Source: the human T2T-CHM13v2.0 reference genome, Homo sapiens
Direction: 5' to 3' (one strand)
Assembly (NCBI RefSeq): GCF_009914755.1
Contig: NC_060945.1
Length of the DNA: 64,000 bases
The position numbers and the translations under genes were made by a program. The notes below the pieces were generated by a model that searched no databases, was not told the DNA's origin, and worked only from the letters and a program-made list of their open reading frames with translations. Position 1 is the stretch's first letter; every line of letters begins with the position of its first letter. Below, piece by piece: positions 48,014 to 61,111 of the stretch.

Positions 48014-48703
48014 TGTGTTTATAAGAAAGGTCCAGGTTTTCTTTTCCTATGAGAATTTCTTCATAAGGGTGAGACTGGGAAGCAGGGAGCCATTCCAGAT
48101 TCTCTGCCTATAATTGAGAAATAAGGTCGCCCCATTGTCCAGGCTCTATTCCATTTAGTTTAGATGGCAAGAGGTACCATCATAATTTCAAACTAACTGA
48201 TATCAGAGTTTCTGCGTGTATGTTTCATATAGCTCCCTTTAGCTAATCACAGATTCCTTATTTACTATTGGCTTGAATTATGAATAGATAAATGCCAGAA
48301 TTTAGAAAGCAAACCTCACACTACTATGGCTCACAAAATCTTGACATAATCTGCTATTTACTTTGAAAAGAGCAAGATGGGAATCAAACTATGTTAACTG
48401 TGTATGTGTGTTCCATTATTTCATATTAATTTGCTAAATTATTCATTTTATCCTCCTTTGACATTCTAAATGCCATTAGGTTTGGTTTAGCTGGAGTAAG
48501 TCATCACTTTGGTTCACAGATCTGGATATTAATATCTTATCTCATAGGTTATTTGGTAAAAGTTATATATTTTTTTCACTGAACATTTATCCCTTTTTAA
48601 TTTTAATGTCATTCTCTTTCAGAACATGTATGTCCCCATGTAGTTTATTAATCAATACAGGGATTTCAAAAAAAAATGATGGGTGACAAGAGTAAGGAAA
48701 GGA

Positions 48704-49281
48704 TATATTCTTCAGGATTCTTCAGAGAACCAGAACCAATAGGATACATATGGATGCATATAAGAAGATTTTTATTGTGGAAATTGACTCACACAATTAT
48801 GGAAGCTGTGAAGTTCCCTGATATGACATCTGCAAGCTGGAGAATCAGGAAAGCTGGTGGTATAATTGAGTCTGGTTCTGAATACCTGAGAACCAGGGAA
48901 GCCAACAAGAAAAATCACAATATGAGGCCAAAGGCCTGAAAAATAGGGAAGTGAGGATATCACTGGTATAAGTCCTAGAGTCTGAAAGCCCAAGTACCAG
49001 GGGTGCTGATGTCCAAGGGCAGGAGAAGATAGATGCTCCAGCTCAAGGGGACAGAGAGATTAAGAACTTGCCCTTCTTCCACTTTTTTGGTTCTACTTGA
49101 GCCCTTCATAAATTGGATGATGTCTGAGTTCACTGGTGAAGGCAGATCTTCCTCAGTGTATGGATTCAAAAGCTAATCTCTTCTGGAAGCACTCTCTCAG
49201 ACACATGCAGAAATAGTACTTTATTAGCTGTCTGGGCATTCCTCAATCCAATCAAGTTGACACCTAAAATTAACCACCACA
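48704..49281 (-). mobile_element. MLT2B-type ERV-L solo LTR
   Basis: CAGGATTCTTCAGAGAACCAGAACCAATAGGA...CAAGTTGACACCTAAAATTAACCACCACA. Confidence 0.88.
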
Positions 49282-51229
49282 GAGAAGGAGAAGAAAGCTT
49301 GAGGGAGAGGGGAAGATTATGATAAGAAGGACAAATGCCAATGCTTAGCAGTGAGTTATTGATTACAGATTCGTGGCTGCTGCAGAAAAGTTGTATTGGA
49401 AATGGCTCCAAGTACATAGTGCCCCACTTACCCTATAATCTTCCAGATACTTTTTCAAGTAAGAAGATATGAGCAGAACCCTTTACAATTTTGCTCTTCT
49501 TTCTTTCAAAAGCATTTGACCATGTGATTCTGTGTTTTCTCTTTGACTTAATTCAAATTATAACTCTAGATATTTTTAGTATTAAGAATTTGAGTTTAAA
49601 ATACTTTCCTAAATTTGATAAAGGTAATGTTTCTCATTTGATCCATCATTTTCATTGTTTAAGTTAATTTAAGTATTAGAAAAGGGTATGATTCTAGTTA
49701 AAGAATTTGAATCCAACACTTAATCATAGTATACACAAATGAGTTAAATAAGAAGGATGACCTATGAATGAATAAGGCAGTGAAAGTTGATTTACAGATA
49801 ATTGTTATTAATAAAATATTCAATAACTTTAATTTTGTGCAGAAGTAATATTTATAAGTCATATAAATTTCATTCTGCATAGGTATCAATTCTTCATTTT
49901 TTAAAAAATCTGGACTAATCAAATTTTGTGTTTTGTAATGAAATAGACATCTTACAATATTTTTAATGGAAGGAATTATACAGAAGTGTAATAATTAAAT
50001 GCAGAAGTAACTATTAATTATTTTATGATATAATCCTGCAAGAATTTCCTGTTTCTTGAGAAATTATTGTGCCTAAAACTAAAAAGTTGAATTAATTTTT
50101 TTAAGTTAAGGATAACTACTATAATCAAGATTTCCATATACTCACTTTTATACAACATAGTTTTTTTTCTTACTTGTAAGTAGAAATGCATTTAGCTTTA
50201 ACCATCCCAGGAATCTAATTTGGTTTCTTTTTGTTAGAATTTCTTATTTTCTTTTTTAGCAATGAATACACTAGGGTTAGGCATTTGCCTTGATTAGAGC
50301 ATTTTAAATATGTAAATGCTGAGTAAAAACAAGCAAGATGTTAAAGCAAGACGCTTACAACAAATTTCAATCACCCAAAATATCTCAGATATACAATAGA
50401 CTATATTATAATCTTGGGTATACTATTAGGAGATAAATTATGCTTCATTTCCCTAATTAATTGCATTACATTGATACAAAATGCCAAACACTAAATAGTA
50501 AATATTAAGACAGCATTTGTAAGTAGTTTAAAGTAATTTAAACTTAATTAAATTGAAATGGCACTCAAAGAACACAATTATTCTGTTCATTGTGACATTT
50601 AAATGGTAATACTCACTATAAAAGTGATAAGTTAGATGAATGTTTCCCAACTAAATCATGTTTTTAAATTTTAAATAGACCTATAAGCATTCAAAATGAA
50701 GATTATATTTGTAATTATCCATTTCAACTTCTTTGTGTTATTTTTTCCTCATTTTTGAAAATGAGTGATATGTTCCCACATTTGTTACAAGGATCTCAAA
50801 ATAAATACTTTTAAATTATTTGAATAGATATAAATTTTATCTTAGCACTTGCTGAACACACTCTATCATTCAATTTAACTCTCTCAATCTTAAAGATATG
50901 TAAAGTGAGGGCACTCAACAGATTTCCTAAATATGAATTACAAATGTTGTAATTCATGTTAATTCACAAATATTAATTCATGTTAAATTAAAAATTCTGA
51001 AGTTATAAAATTATTTTATCCTACAAAAAATTCTACATAACAAAAAAATAACCTGCATTGAGTTATTGCTTTTACTCCTAATATTCCTTCTAAATAAGCC
51101 GAACCCAAGCATAGTAAGGGACTCAGAGGAAAAACATAAAGGTTGGGTGCAAACAACTAAAGTGAGTCTCCAGGATCAAAATTTCCAGATATTCCCAACA
51201 CGAAGTGCTTCCCAGGCTGTAATGCTAAC

Positions 51230-51617
51230 TGCTATGTGCTGAATTATTCCCACCTTTCAAATTCATATGTTAGTCCTAACCCTTAGGACCTCAGAATGTG
51301 ACTATATTTGGAGATAGGGTCTTTAATTAGGTAACTAAATTAAAATGAGGTTATTAGTGTAAGCCTTAATTCAGTAGGACTGGTGTCCTTATAAGAAGAG
51401 AAAAATAGGACACAGACTGATACAGAGGGAAGATCACATGAAGAAAAGAAGGAGACAGCCATCTTACAGCCAAGGAGGGAGGACTTAGTGGAAATCAACC
51501 CTGCTGATGCCTTGATCTTAGGCTTCCAGCCTACAGAACTGTGAAAAAATAAACTTCTGTTGCTTAAGCCACTTAATCAGTTATGTTTTGTTAAGAAAGG
51601 TTGAGAAAACTAATACA
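51230..51617 (+). mobile_element. MLT1B-like solo LTR
   Basis: TGCTATG...CCTCAGAATGTGACTATATTTGGAGATAGGGTCTTT...AAACTAATACA. Confidence 0.88.
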
Positions 51618-54600
51618 ATAATGCATAAAAAAACTAGATAATATAGACAATTGATTACAGTATTATCTGTAAGGAATCCAGCCAAAGTCAGAGGGGTAAT
51701 ACCAGGATACTACATCCTCAGAAACTACCAGGTAGGGTGATTTGAATCCAGCTCTACATAATTGAAATGTGTTCACTAATGAAATAAATATTATATATCA
51801 TTTATATACACCTACATTGTACATACACACATGCACACATGTATGCAAATACATAATTTTATACACAAAAGTAATACATAATATGTATATATTTATATGT
51901 ATTTTGTTTATAGTTCATTTATATTTTTCAAATATATATTAAAATACAAACTTCCTTTTTTTACCCAATTCTACATTCTCTTTATTTTTTTCACAGGATC
52001 TTGATTATTTCCAATATTTTTCCTGAATTTATTAGCTTTACATAGTCTATCACTATGAACAAACCTTGATATCTTTCTCCCTTCCATTTCAATAATCATC
52101 CTTATAAGCAATTCCGCCATCTCAATACTTTTCTGTTTATTTCTTATATCGGCATTTTGAATTATCGAAACATTACTTGTTTTCCACAAACTGTGATGTA
52201 AGCTTTCTTCTTTTCTCTCTTTTTAAATTTCTTTTAAAAAGGATATCTACTTTAAAACTTTTAATAGTATAATTTTCCCTCAACTCTTCATTTTAATGAA
52301 ACACTGCAAGATAACACTTTTAAGAGCGAATCCTACATTTTTAAGCAAAACTATTTTAAAAAATATAAAATCTCATCCATTTTATTCAGACTTTAAGTTC
52401 ACGGCCAACGGAACCATTTTTTTTTTTTTCATATTTGACTACTGTAGATGAATCTGTGAGAAAAACCTGAAGCCATGGTCAAAAAAACAGTTATCCAATA
52501 TGGCAGAAGTTTGGAGATAAACTGAAGAACGAAAGCTAAGATTTCCTGAGACAGACAGGACTGTTTCTCACTGAAGATGAATACAGTGTTAACATATCCT
52601 AGGAGAAACAGGCATTTGGAAAATATTTATCTTTAACTGTTCAGTATTTTGATGCATACATAGGACCCAAACAGCAAATACACAGACAAGTAATTAGCCA
52701 TGAGTTAGACAGGGATCTTAGAAATTCATCATTGTGCTGAACAGGTGGAAAACATTTAAAATTGTTTAGAGACACTCGACTACTGCATCCCGTGACACAC
52801 GAGTTTGTGACTGTCTTCGTGTCCTAAATTGATTTTAATTTCAACTCTTATGTGGAAACGTACTGCATAAAAACATTAATTCTCTCTATAAAGAATAGTT
52901 AGTGAAGAATATTCTTAAAACATCCACAATTTTCTAAGCAATGCCTTAAGCTCAGCATTATAGTCATCAATGGAAGTACTTATATAATTTCAAATTTTTA
53001 TTTAAAAATAAGCAGAAATAATATGATTTCAAAAATCAATTTTGTTCTGCCATTAAATGTCTGATTGTTAATTAGTACCATTTAAATGTGACTTGGTGTA
53101 TATTCTGTTTGTATCTGCAATCAAATAATTTAATTATCTTCTAAATACTTGTGGGGTTTTTTTTACTACCAATTCTAATGGCAAAAAATGTAATTTTCCT
53201 TGAGAAAGTTTGTAATAAACTGGAATATATTCATAATTCTAGAAGAACTAAAAGACCTTTTAAAAACATTCTATTAATGCTAACTATAAAATGTTTACCT
53301 TTAAAAACATGGAAATTCGAAATTACATTTGGAAAAGTTATTATTGTTAAAGGAAGCAAATTTTTCAGGTAGTTGAGTCACCTTGACAAGGATCATTATT
53401 ACATCATTTAAAGTAGAAAAAATTATCTGAGCTTTTTAAAATAAAAACAATTATTTGCTATTTTTACTAAAACATTGTGCAGTCATGATACCATATACCA
53501 GTTCCATACTCAAAATATGTAAAAATTATATATAAGGTTTGCTGTGCCTATCATTAAGTCATTTTTGCTTCGCTCCATTTCACTCCTGTCAGTCTGTAAG
53601 AAGCTTTAGTTATGCTCAACATATGTGAAAATCAAGTTTGGAATAATTATTCATGTCTATGTTTTTATTCTCTACTAAGCATTATATATGTTATATTACT
53701 TCATACATACAACACATGTAGCATGGGCAATTTTCTTACTTGTACCCCTTGTGAAGACTAATGCCAATCAAATCCCCAACCCATACTATGGTTAAATGCT
53801 TTCCATTAAAACCAACTGGGAGTAGAGCACAAACAATAATGTCACTGCTTTACGTTTGTGTCTCATTTCCCATCTACTTTATTCTGCCACAAACACATTC
53901 CTGTTAAGCCAACCAATCAAGATCTACAGGAAAAAAGTATAATTTATGTATTACAGGCAGCCACCAAGAATCCTCCTCACCCTTTAAAACAATAACTTTG
54001 AACGAAATATATATACACTAATGATCCACTGCCTATACATTAAACATAATGTCTTATAATTAAATATTCTCCTTTATATTTTTTATGAAATCCGAGCGAG
54101 GACAAATATCTTGACAAAGGCTACTGATCATAGCATCAGTTCTGTGCCTTACTGCATGACGAGTTGGTCTGTTATAAAATTATTTCTACTGAAATCAACT
54201 GCTTAAATGACCTTACCTCCAAGACAGTTCTGCCATTTATGTAAAACCATTTATATCTAAAAATTCCAACTGGGATCGAAAATAGCAATTTAACTGGATT
54301 GTCTCCCTTTCATTCTTTAAAATACTCTAGTGTCATCATGAAAATTACAATTACGTTTAAGCCATTTTTATTATCACTATCTTTTTTAGTAAGTAGTGAC
54401 AAATCGAAAGCACTCACAGGAAATTGAAATGCTAAAATGAATTGAAGAGTAAGCCAATGCATTTTAAGAAAATGCTAACACAGAGAGAAATAAATCCCTT
54501 TTCTAAAAGAAGGATAGTGAATAAATTACATTGCCTTTATATTGGCTTTCAGATTGGCTTTTTAGTCTCTCACATATCCTTTTAGAGAATAATATAACAT

Positions 54601-55603
54601 ATAAAATTCAGCTGCATTTCTTTTTATCATTTTAACTTGAGCAAAAATAACTGCTAGTCATTATCATTTTAATTTTCATAAAATTAACCATTATGTTTCC
54701 TCAAGATAAAGTGGCAGTAAATTATTAGAATAGTGCTCCTTTCATGATAAAATTACTCTATTTAATTGTTTAGGTTTAAAAGTTCATCATCTTTATCAAA
54801 GGGTCTCTTGTAGTAAAAGTTAAAGCAAACCTTAATTAATAGTTAATCTTTTCTGTGATTATGAAAAAATGCTCCTATTCATATTTAAATTATAGTTACT
54901 TAATGAAAACATTAAGATTTTAATTCTGATTCTTTTTGGCTTGAGGTCAGGACAAAATATCTGTGGAGTGGAGAGAATATGGCAACTTTTGAGCTATATT
55001 GGTGGCATGACCTCTCATTATTCTCAATATAAAATAATCATGCCATTATCTTCTCACTTTATGTACTACTGAAATAACTCATTGATAAACAAATGTAAAA
55101 TAAACCTTATGACCTCAAGTCTCATACTTATTATTTGTATTAAATTTATATTATGGTCAAAATTCCCTTAAAACCTCTCTTCTATTGCAAAGGCTTTGAA
55201 AGGTGTTGATTTATCCGAGCCAACCTATAGGACAAATGATCCAGGCTTGGATACGTTGATGGATAACAACCAGTCAGAATCCTCATTATTAACGATCTAC
55301 TCCTATCGGTAAGTTTTATGAGCCTCCTGTTATCATATGGAACGAACTTTTTGCAGTAGATGAACATGAGGAAAAGGGACAGAGAGAGGCTGTTGGATGA
55401 AAAAAAAACGAAGATTAAAAACTCTGACAATATTGCCAAGGCTCTGTATCCAACCATTTCTGAAACTAATTTATATATTTGTTACCTTAGAATTGTATTG
55501 TGTTATTTATTATTATTTTCTTTTTATGCCTGAAATGTTTAATAGTCTGATAGCATTTAACATAATCTATATTAGATTTTACTGTGTGCTTTGCAAATGA
55601 TTT

Positions 55604-56144
55604 TGCTATGGTTTAAATGTCTTCTCCAAAAATCATGTTAAAACTTAATTGTCATTGTAACAGTGTTGAGAAGCATGACCTTTAAGAGGTCATTTAGTCA
55701 TAAGGCTCTGCCCTCAAATGGATTAATGCTGTCATGGGGAGAGTGGGTTCCTGATGAAAGGCAGGAGGCAGAGGTCTGGGGGAAAATGCCGTGGTTCTCA
55801 TGTCCCCTTCAAAATTCATATTACAAGTTAATTGACATCAGAACAGTGTTGAGAGGTGGTACCTTTAGGAGATGATTAAGTCATGAAGGCTCTGCCCTAT
55901 AAATGGATTAATGTGATATCACCAAAGTAGATTAGTTATGTCAGGAGTGAGTTACTGTTGAAAGGATGAAGTGCATTTGCTTGCCTTCTGCTATGAGAAG
56001 CCACAGCATGAAGGCCCTTTCAAGACTCCAGCATCTTGATATTAGACTTTCCATCCTCCAAAACTGTGAGAAATAAATTTATTTTCTTTATAAATTACTT
56101 AGCCTGTGGTATTCTGTTATGGCAGCAGAAAACAAATTAGAACA
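55604..56144 (+). mobile_element. MSTD-like MaLR: partial LTR (55604-~55762), purine tract, complete LTR (55787-56144)
   Basis: Duplicated blocks AACAGTGTTGAGA, ACCTTTA, AGTCAT.AAGGCTCTGCCCT, AAATGGATTAATG; outer TSD GATTT/GATAT. Confidence 0.85.
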
Positions 56145-57340
56145 GATATAAACAAAACTACAAAAATTTATCATTTTCAATTCAAACAGTGAAATTGTTC
56201 ACAGATGGTGATACTTGACATAGGCTTTTTCAAGTGACAGACCCTATAAACATGAACATAGTTGATTCAACATAAGAACTAAGATGGACAGCCTTTCTTT
56301 CTCAAGAGGAATTGTTGAAAATCCTTTATGTGCTGAAGATAAGCCACTAATTAAACTGCTACTTTCTGGGCTTTGGGAGTTATAGTTAGGTAAACAAGAC
56401 TTAAGGAACTATGATAGAGAACTGTGAATGTTGATGTGGGCTGGCTACTTCTTGTAGTCTTCAGTAACATGAAAAAGAAAGAATTCCACAGTCCAACTAT
56501 GAAAAATAGTCAGGTAAACAGTTGAAATTCATTTTAATTAAGTGTCATAGAAGTACATTTCTGAACATTAATGGTGAGAATTCTGCTTCTTACCATGTTA
56601 TTTCTACTCCCGTTTTCAATCGTTTCAACTCTTAATACAACAGGAACCCTAAAATGTGATTATTGTTTCAGTGTCCTTAAAAATTAAGAAAGAAAGCAAC
56701 TCTATTCTTTATACATATAAAAACTAGCATTATTAAGTTTTTTTTCCAACTCACAGGATAAATACAATTCAATGACTGTATAACCAGATATAAGAAACAC
56801 AAAAGTTTAAATAAAAGTTCTTCAGTGGAAAACAAAAATAGTATTACACTATGTATTTTTAGAATCTAAGAACTGACTTCAGCATTGACATATTTGTGGC
56901 TTAATACTTCCTAAATTTTATCTCAGTAACAGCTGTCTTTGAATTCTGGCAGAATATAACAGTATGAATGGACATTAAGATCATAGGTCCTTTTCGTAAT
57001 GAAGTGATGAATTGCCTTATTTCTTTTTACTTCCTTCTTCAGTATATCACTTTCAGTAAAAGTTGAAGACTATAATAAATTGACATCGTATTTCCAAACC
57101 CTCTTCTTTATACTGAAGGTCATTTGGTTATGAGTTTGCTAGTAATTTCCAATAAGAGGCTATTGTCTAGATAATACTTAAATTTGTCATAGAGCTTTAT
57201 TAGAGGTTGAATTAATGTTAATTATGCACAAAACACATGGCAGCTTTGAAATACACTTTTAAAAAATTAAGAATTGCATTATTTAAGGCATGAGTTTATT
57301 GTAGTTAAGTATACATTTTAATTTAATATTAAATATTCTG

Positions 57341-57695
57341 TGCAGCCATAAAAAGGAAAGTGATCATATCCTTTGCAGGGACGTGGATGGAGCTGGAAGC
57401 CAATATCCTCAGCAAGCTAACATAGAAACAGAAAACCAAACACTGCATGTTCTCATTTATAAGTGAGCGCTGAACAATGAGAACACAGGGAAGGGAACTA
57501 CACACACTGGGACTTGTTAAGGAGGCAGGGGGAGGGAGAACATCAGAAAAAATAGCTAATGCATGCAGGGCTTAATACCTAGGTGACGGGTTGATAGGTG
57601 CAGCAAACCACCACGGCACATGTATAATTATGTAACAAACCTGCACGTCCTGCACATGTATCCTGGAAGTTAAAATAGAATTAAATTAAATTTAA
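57341..57695 (+). mobile_element. 5'-truncated L1PA (about PA13-15) 3' end
   Basis: GCAGCCATAAAAAGG...TTAATACCTAGGTGACGGGTTGATAGGTGCAGCAAACC; TSD AAATATTCTG / AAAAATTCTG. Confidence 0.9.
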
Positions 57696-57944
57696 AAAAA
57701 TTCTGAAGTATGTAAGTAATATGCAGTTTAACTGGATCACATCTGAAGTTTTAAAAAAGTTTGAATCACGATGAATACTGAATTATCTTTAGAAAATGAG
57801 AATAACTATCTAAAATATATTTTAAAAAGTTAAAAAGTTAACAAACTTGCATAAAATTACAGGTCCGTACATTTAGCAAATCCACTTACACAAGTAGTGG
57901 TTGCTGTCTCTCTCCCAACCACTCCAAACCAGCAAGGCCTTAAT

Positions 57945-58150
57945 ACAAGAATGAGACTCTGAAAACAAGCAAGGATTTTAATCTTGACTCCATCACGAAA
58001 TAGCTGTGTGAACATGGGCAAACTGCTTTACTTCTGTAAGCAGCTTTGTCTGAATATTGGTAATATGATTAGGAAGAATAAATGAGATAGATCACATAAA
58101 GAAAGCCATTTTTACTTTGCCTTGGCCCAGTATGTACCCCTACATATTTG
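57945..58150 (+). mobile_element. MIR
   Basis: AATCTTGACTCC...TAGCTGTGTGAACATGGGCAA...AAATGAGAT. Confidence 0.65.
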
Positions 58151-58429
58151 CTGTTCTAGTTTCTAATATGATTATTATTATAGTTACTGTTATAAATATA
58201 CACCCATTACTAAACAAACCTAAAATACATACATTCCAGTGATATACCACTGATTTTCAATTTTGGTAAAGGTATGTTTATTAAATATATGATTTCATGA
58301 AGCCATCTGCAGTTTATGGATTGCTTACTAATATTACTCTGTTAGTTAAGGTTCAATGCCCTTTTCAAATTTACATGTTCAAAATCAGAAATATTTGTAA
58401 ATATATATGAAATCATGTATAAGGAAAAA

Positions 58430-59140
58430 GACTTAAAATGTGTTTGGAATCCTGACTTTACCACTTCCTAGCTATGTGAGCTTAAGCAATCACCTGAATT
58501 CTTTGAGCTTGGGGCACCCTACACACTACCTACACCTGAGTGTAGAGATGACAGGCATTCCTTTTTTGTTTGCTTGTTTTCAGAAACCCTGTTTAGATAA
58601 GTAATCTGAGTGCTTCAAACCCAGCATACCTACCACCCTGTGGCAGCCCAGTCTTGCACTATTCGATGCATGAAATGGCACACTGCTCATTGAGAGTGAT
58701 CAGTTTGCCAGGCTGCTCTCCGGAAATCAGGGACCAGTCATCAGGCCCTGGGATACCCCTAGAGGCATGAATCTCAAAGCTTATGAGAGCATCTGAGATG
58801 AGTTGAGAGAGGATGTGCGGGAGTCAGAGTGCCTGAAGGAGAGACATGAAGACTGGAGACTGGGCCCACACAGGAATCAGCCTGGGCTCAGGACTCTCTA
58901 CCCACAAAATACCCTGGTCTTCAACTCTGTCAGGTACCAAAAAGGACCTTAAATTGTTTGCAAGAAGACACTCATAAATATGGAATTCTGTGAGGCTTGC
59001 AGCCCAAAGTAGGAATCTTGTTGTCTCAGATATGTGATCAGTAATGCTCCTCAGCTATAAAATGATAAATTAATATCTCATTGAATAGTACATAATTGTG
59101 GGTTTCAAAGATACTGTCTGAATAATGCTCCACACGGCTC
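58430..59140 (+). mobile_element. MIR split by an unidentified ~530-bp insert (58510-59038)
   Basis: AATCCTGACTTTACCACTTCCTAGCTATGTGAGCTTAAGCAA...TGAGCT, then CCTCAGCTATAAAATG resumes at ~59049. Confidence 0.55.
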
Positions 59141-59300
59141 CTGACATACAGCTGTATAGTGATAAGAAGAAATAGTTTCAAAACATGAAGCTATTTCAAG
59201 AATCAAAAGTAGAAGCCAGATCACAAGTTCACAAATCTTGTATATTATCTCTTGCTTAACTACAGCCCTGTACTGATTTATTTATAAAGAGCTCTAATGG

Positions 59301-59600
59301 GGTCGGGCTCAGTAGCTCTCTCCTGTAATCCCAGCACTTTGGGAGGCAGAGGCGGGCGGATCAAGAGGTCAGGAGATTAAGACCATCCTGGCTAACAGGG
59401 TGAAACCCCGTCTCTACTAGAAATACAAAAAAAGTAGCCAGGCATGGTGGCGGGTGCCTGTAGTCCCAGCTACTGGGGAGGCTGAGGCAGGAGAATGGCG
59501 TGAATCCCGGAGGCGGAGCTTGCAGTGAGCCTAGATCGAGCCACTGCACTCCAGCCTGGGCGACAGAGCCAGACTCTGTCTCAAAAAAAAAAAAAAAAAA
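59301..59600 (+). mobile_element. AluY
   Basis: AGACCATCCTGGCTAAC, GAGAATGGCGTGAA, GGAGCTTGCAG; 15-bp TSD AAAGAGCTCTAATGG (59286-59300) / AAAGAGCCCTAATGG (59601-59615). Confidence 0.95.
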
Positions 59601-59725
59601 AAAGAGCCCTAATGGTTGAAAACTCCCCATGGACTCTGTCAATACCCAAATACATTTAAAAAAAAATAAACTCCAAATATTCTTCTGAAAAAAAAGAAAA
59701 ACTTGAGAATTTGGAAATCGTAAGT

Positions 59726-59898
59726 CATTAGTTCTTGAACTGATGTGTGCCCGAATCATCTGAAGAGATTGTTAAAACATAGATTGTTAGGACGTAATTC
59801 CAGAGTTTCTTTTCTGTAGGTGGGACTGAAATTTCTAGCAAGTCATTAAGTGATTCTGATGCTGCTGGTACAGGCATCACACTATTAGGAATTATTCT
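59726..59898. mobile_element. MER5A (hAT-Charlie MITE)
   Basis: GAATCATCTGAAGAGATTGTTAAAACATAGATTG...CAGAGTTTCT...TGATGCTGCTGGT. Confidence 0.8.
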
Positions 59899-60331
59899 GA
59901 TGATTGTACCATGGCTCTGAACTGTCTTTTCTGTTTGTTAGGTCAAGTCTAAATTTATATTCTATTCAAGGAATTTAGGAAAGGCATATGCCCACATAGC
60001 AGACCTCCAAAATGTTTTAGAAGGTAATCGTCTCTGGCCCCTGCTCATCATCATTCTTATTCTATTGCTTTTATTTCCAGTATATATTTGTTGTTATATA
60101 ACATTTCATGCACACAAAACCAAATGTTACCATTATTCCTCTTTCTTGAATTAGATTGACTATAAAAAGGGCATGATAGCTGAAGGAGATCAATTCATCA
60201 GGAGAATATGACTCTTAAATTTATTTATTTAACTCACTGTTTTGGGAGTTCTGAAGCATTTGTTGACCTTTCTCTCTCATAACTTCACTTATATTATCAT
60301 CATTTTATTATATGTCCTTTTATTAATTTTG

Positions 60332-60738
60332 TGATATAGTTTGAATAGTATCCACACCCAAATGTCATGTTGAATCATAATCCACTGAATTGAAGTTGGT
60401 GCCTGGGGAGATGATTAAATCATGGGGGTGGGTTTCTTATGAATAAATTAGCACCATTCTCTTGGTGCTGTCCTCGTGCTAGTGAGTGACTTTCATGAGA
60501 TCTGGCTATTTAAATGTGTGTAGCATTTCGCGCTCTCTCTCTTGCTCCTGTTTTCACCACGCAACATACCTGTTCTCTCTTTGCCTTCCACCATGATTGG
60601 AAGTTTCCTGAGGCGTCCTCAGAAGCAGATGCCACTATGCTTCCTGTACAGCCTTCAGAACTGTAAGCCAGTAAAACTTCTTATAAATTACCCAGCCTCA
60701 GATGTTTGTTTATTGCAATGCAAGAATGGCCTAATACA
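60332..60738 (+). mobile_element. MSTB-like solo LTR
   Basis: TGATATAGTTTG...TTAGCACCATTCTCTTGGTGCTGTCCTCGTG...AGAAGCAGATGCC...CTAATACA; TSD TTTTG/TTTTA. Confidence 0.88.
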
Positions 60739-61111
60739 TTTTATAATCATAAGTAAATAAATATAAGTAAGACTACTATGAAATATTTTCAAATAAAATA
60801 ACTTTTCCACTAACATTGTGACAAACATTTGGGATCATAGATGTTTTTAAGCCAATATATTCCATTTCTATATGTGTCATGCTACAAGCATATTTTACTT
60901 AAATGCCAAATAAATATGCACATGTTACCAATCATGAGATTTGGGGAGGGGGTAGTTAAGTAATAAGTTGAAAATACTATAATGATTTTGTGGTGATATT
61001 TTATATAAAAATATTTTTCTTGAGAACAAGAATAGTTGGATTATTTTAAAACAAAATGAAACAAAACCTTGGTATTTCTTATAACAAACGAAATTTGAGA
61101 CAACATTTTAT

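Noticed and set aside
47290-48230. Possible old LTR hosting the THE1B
   Set aside because: LTR-like composition, but I could not assign a family or termini.
55182-55457. Minus-strand 91-aa ORF with faint resemblance to non-LTR retroelement C-termini
   Set aside because: Similarity limited to a few residues; not supportable.
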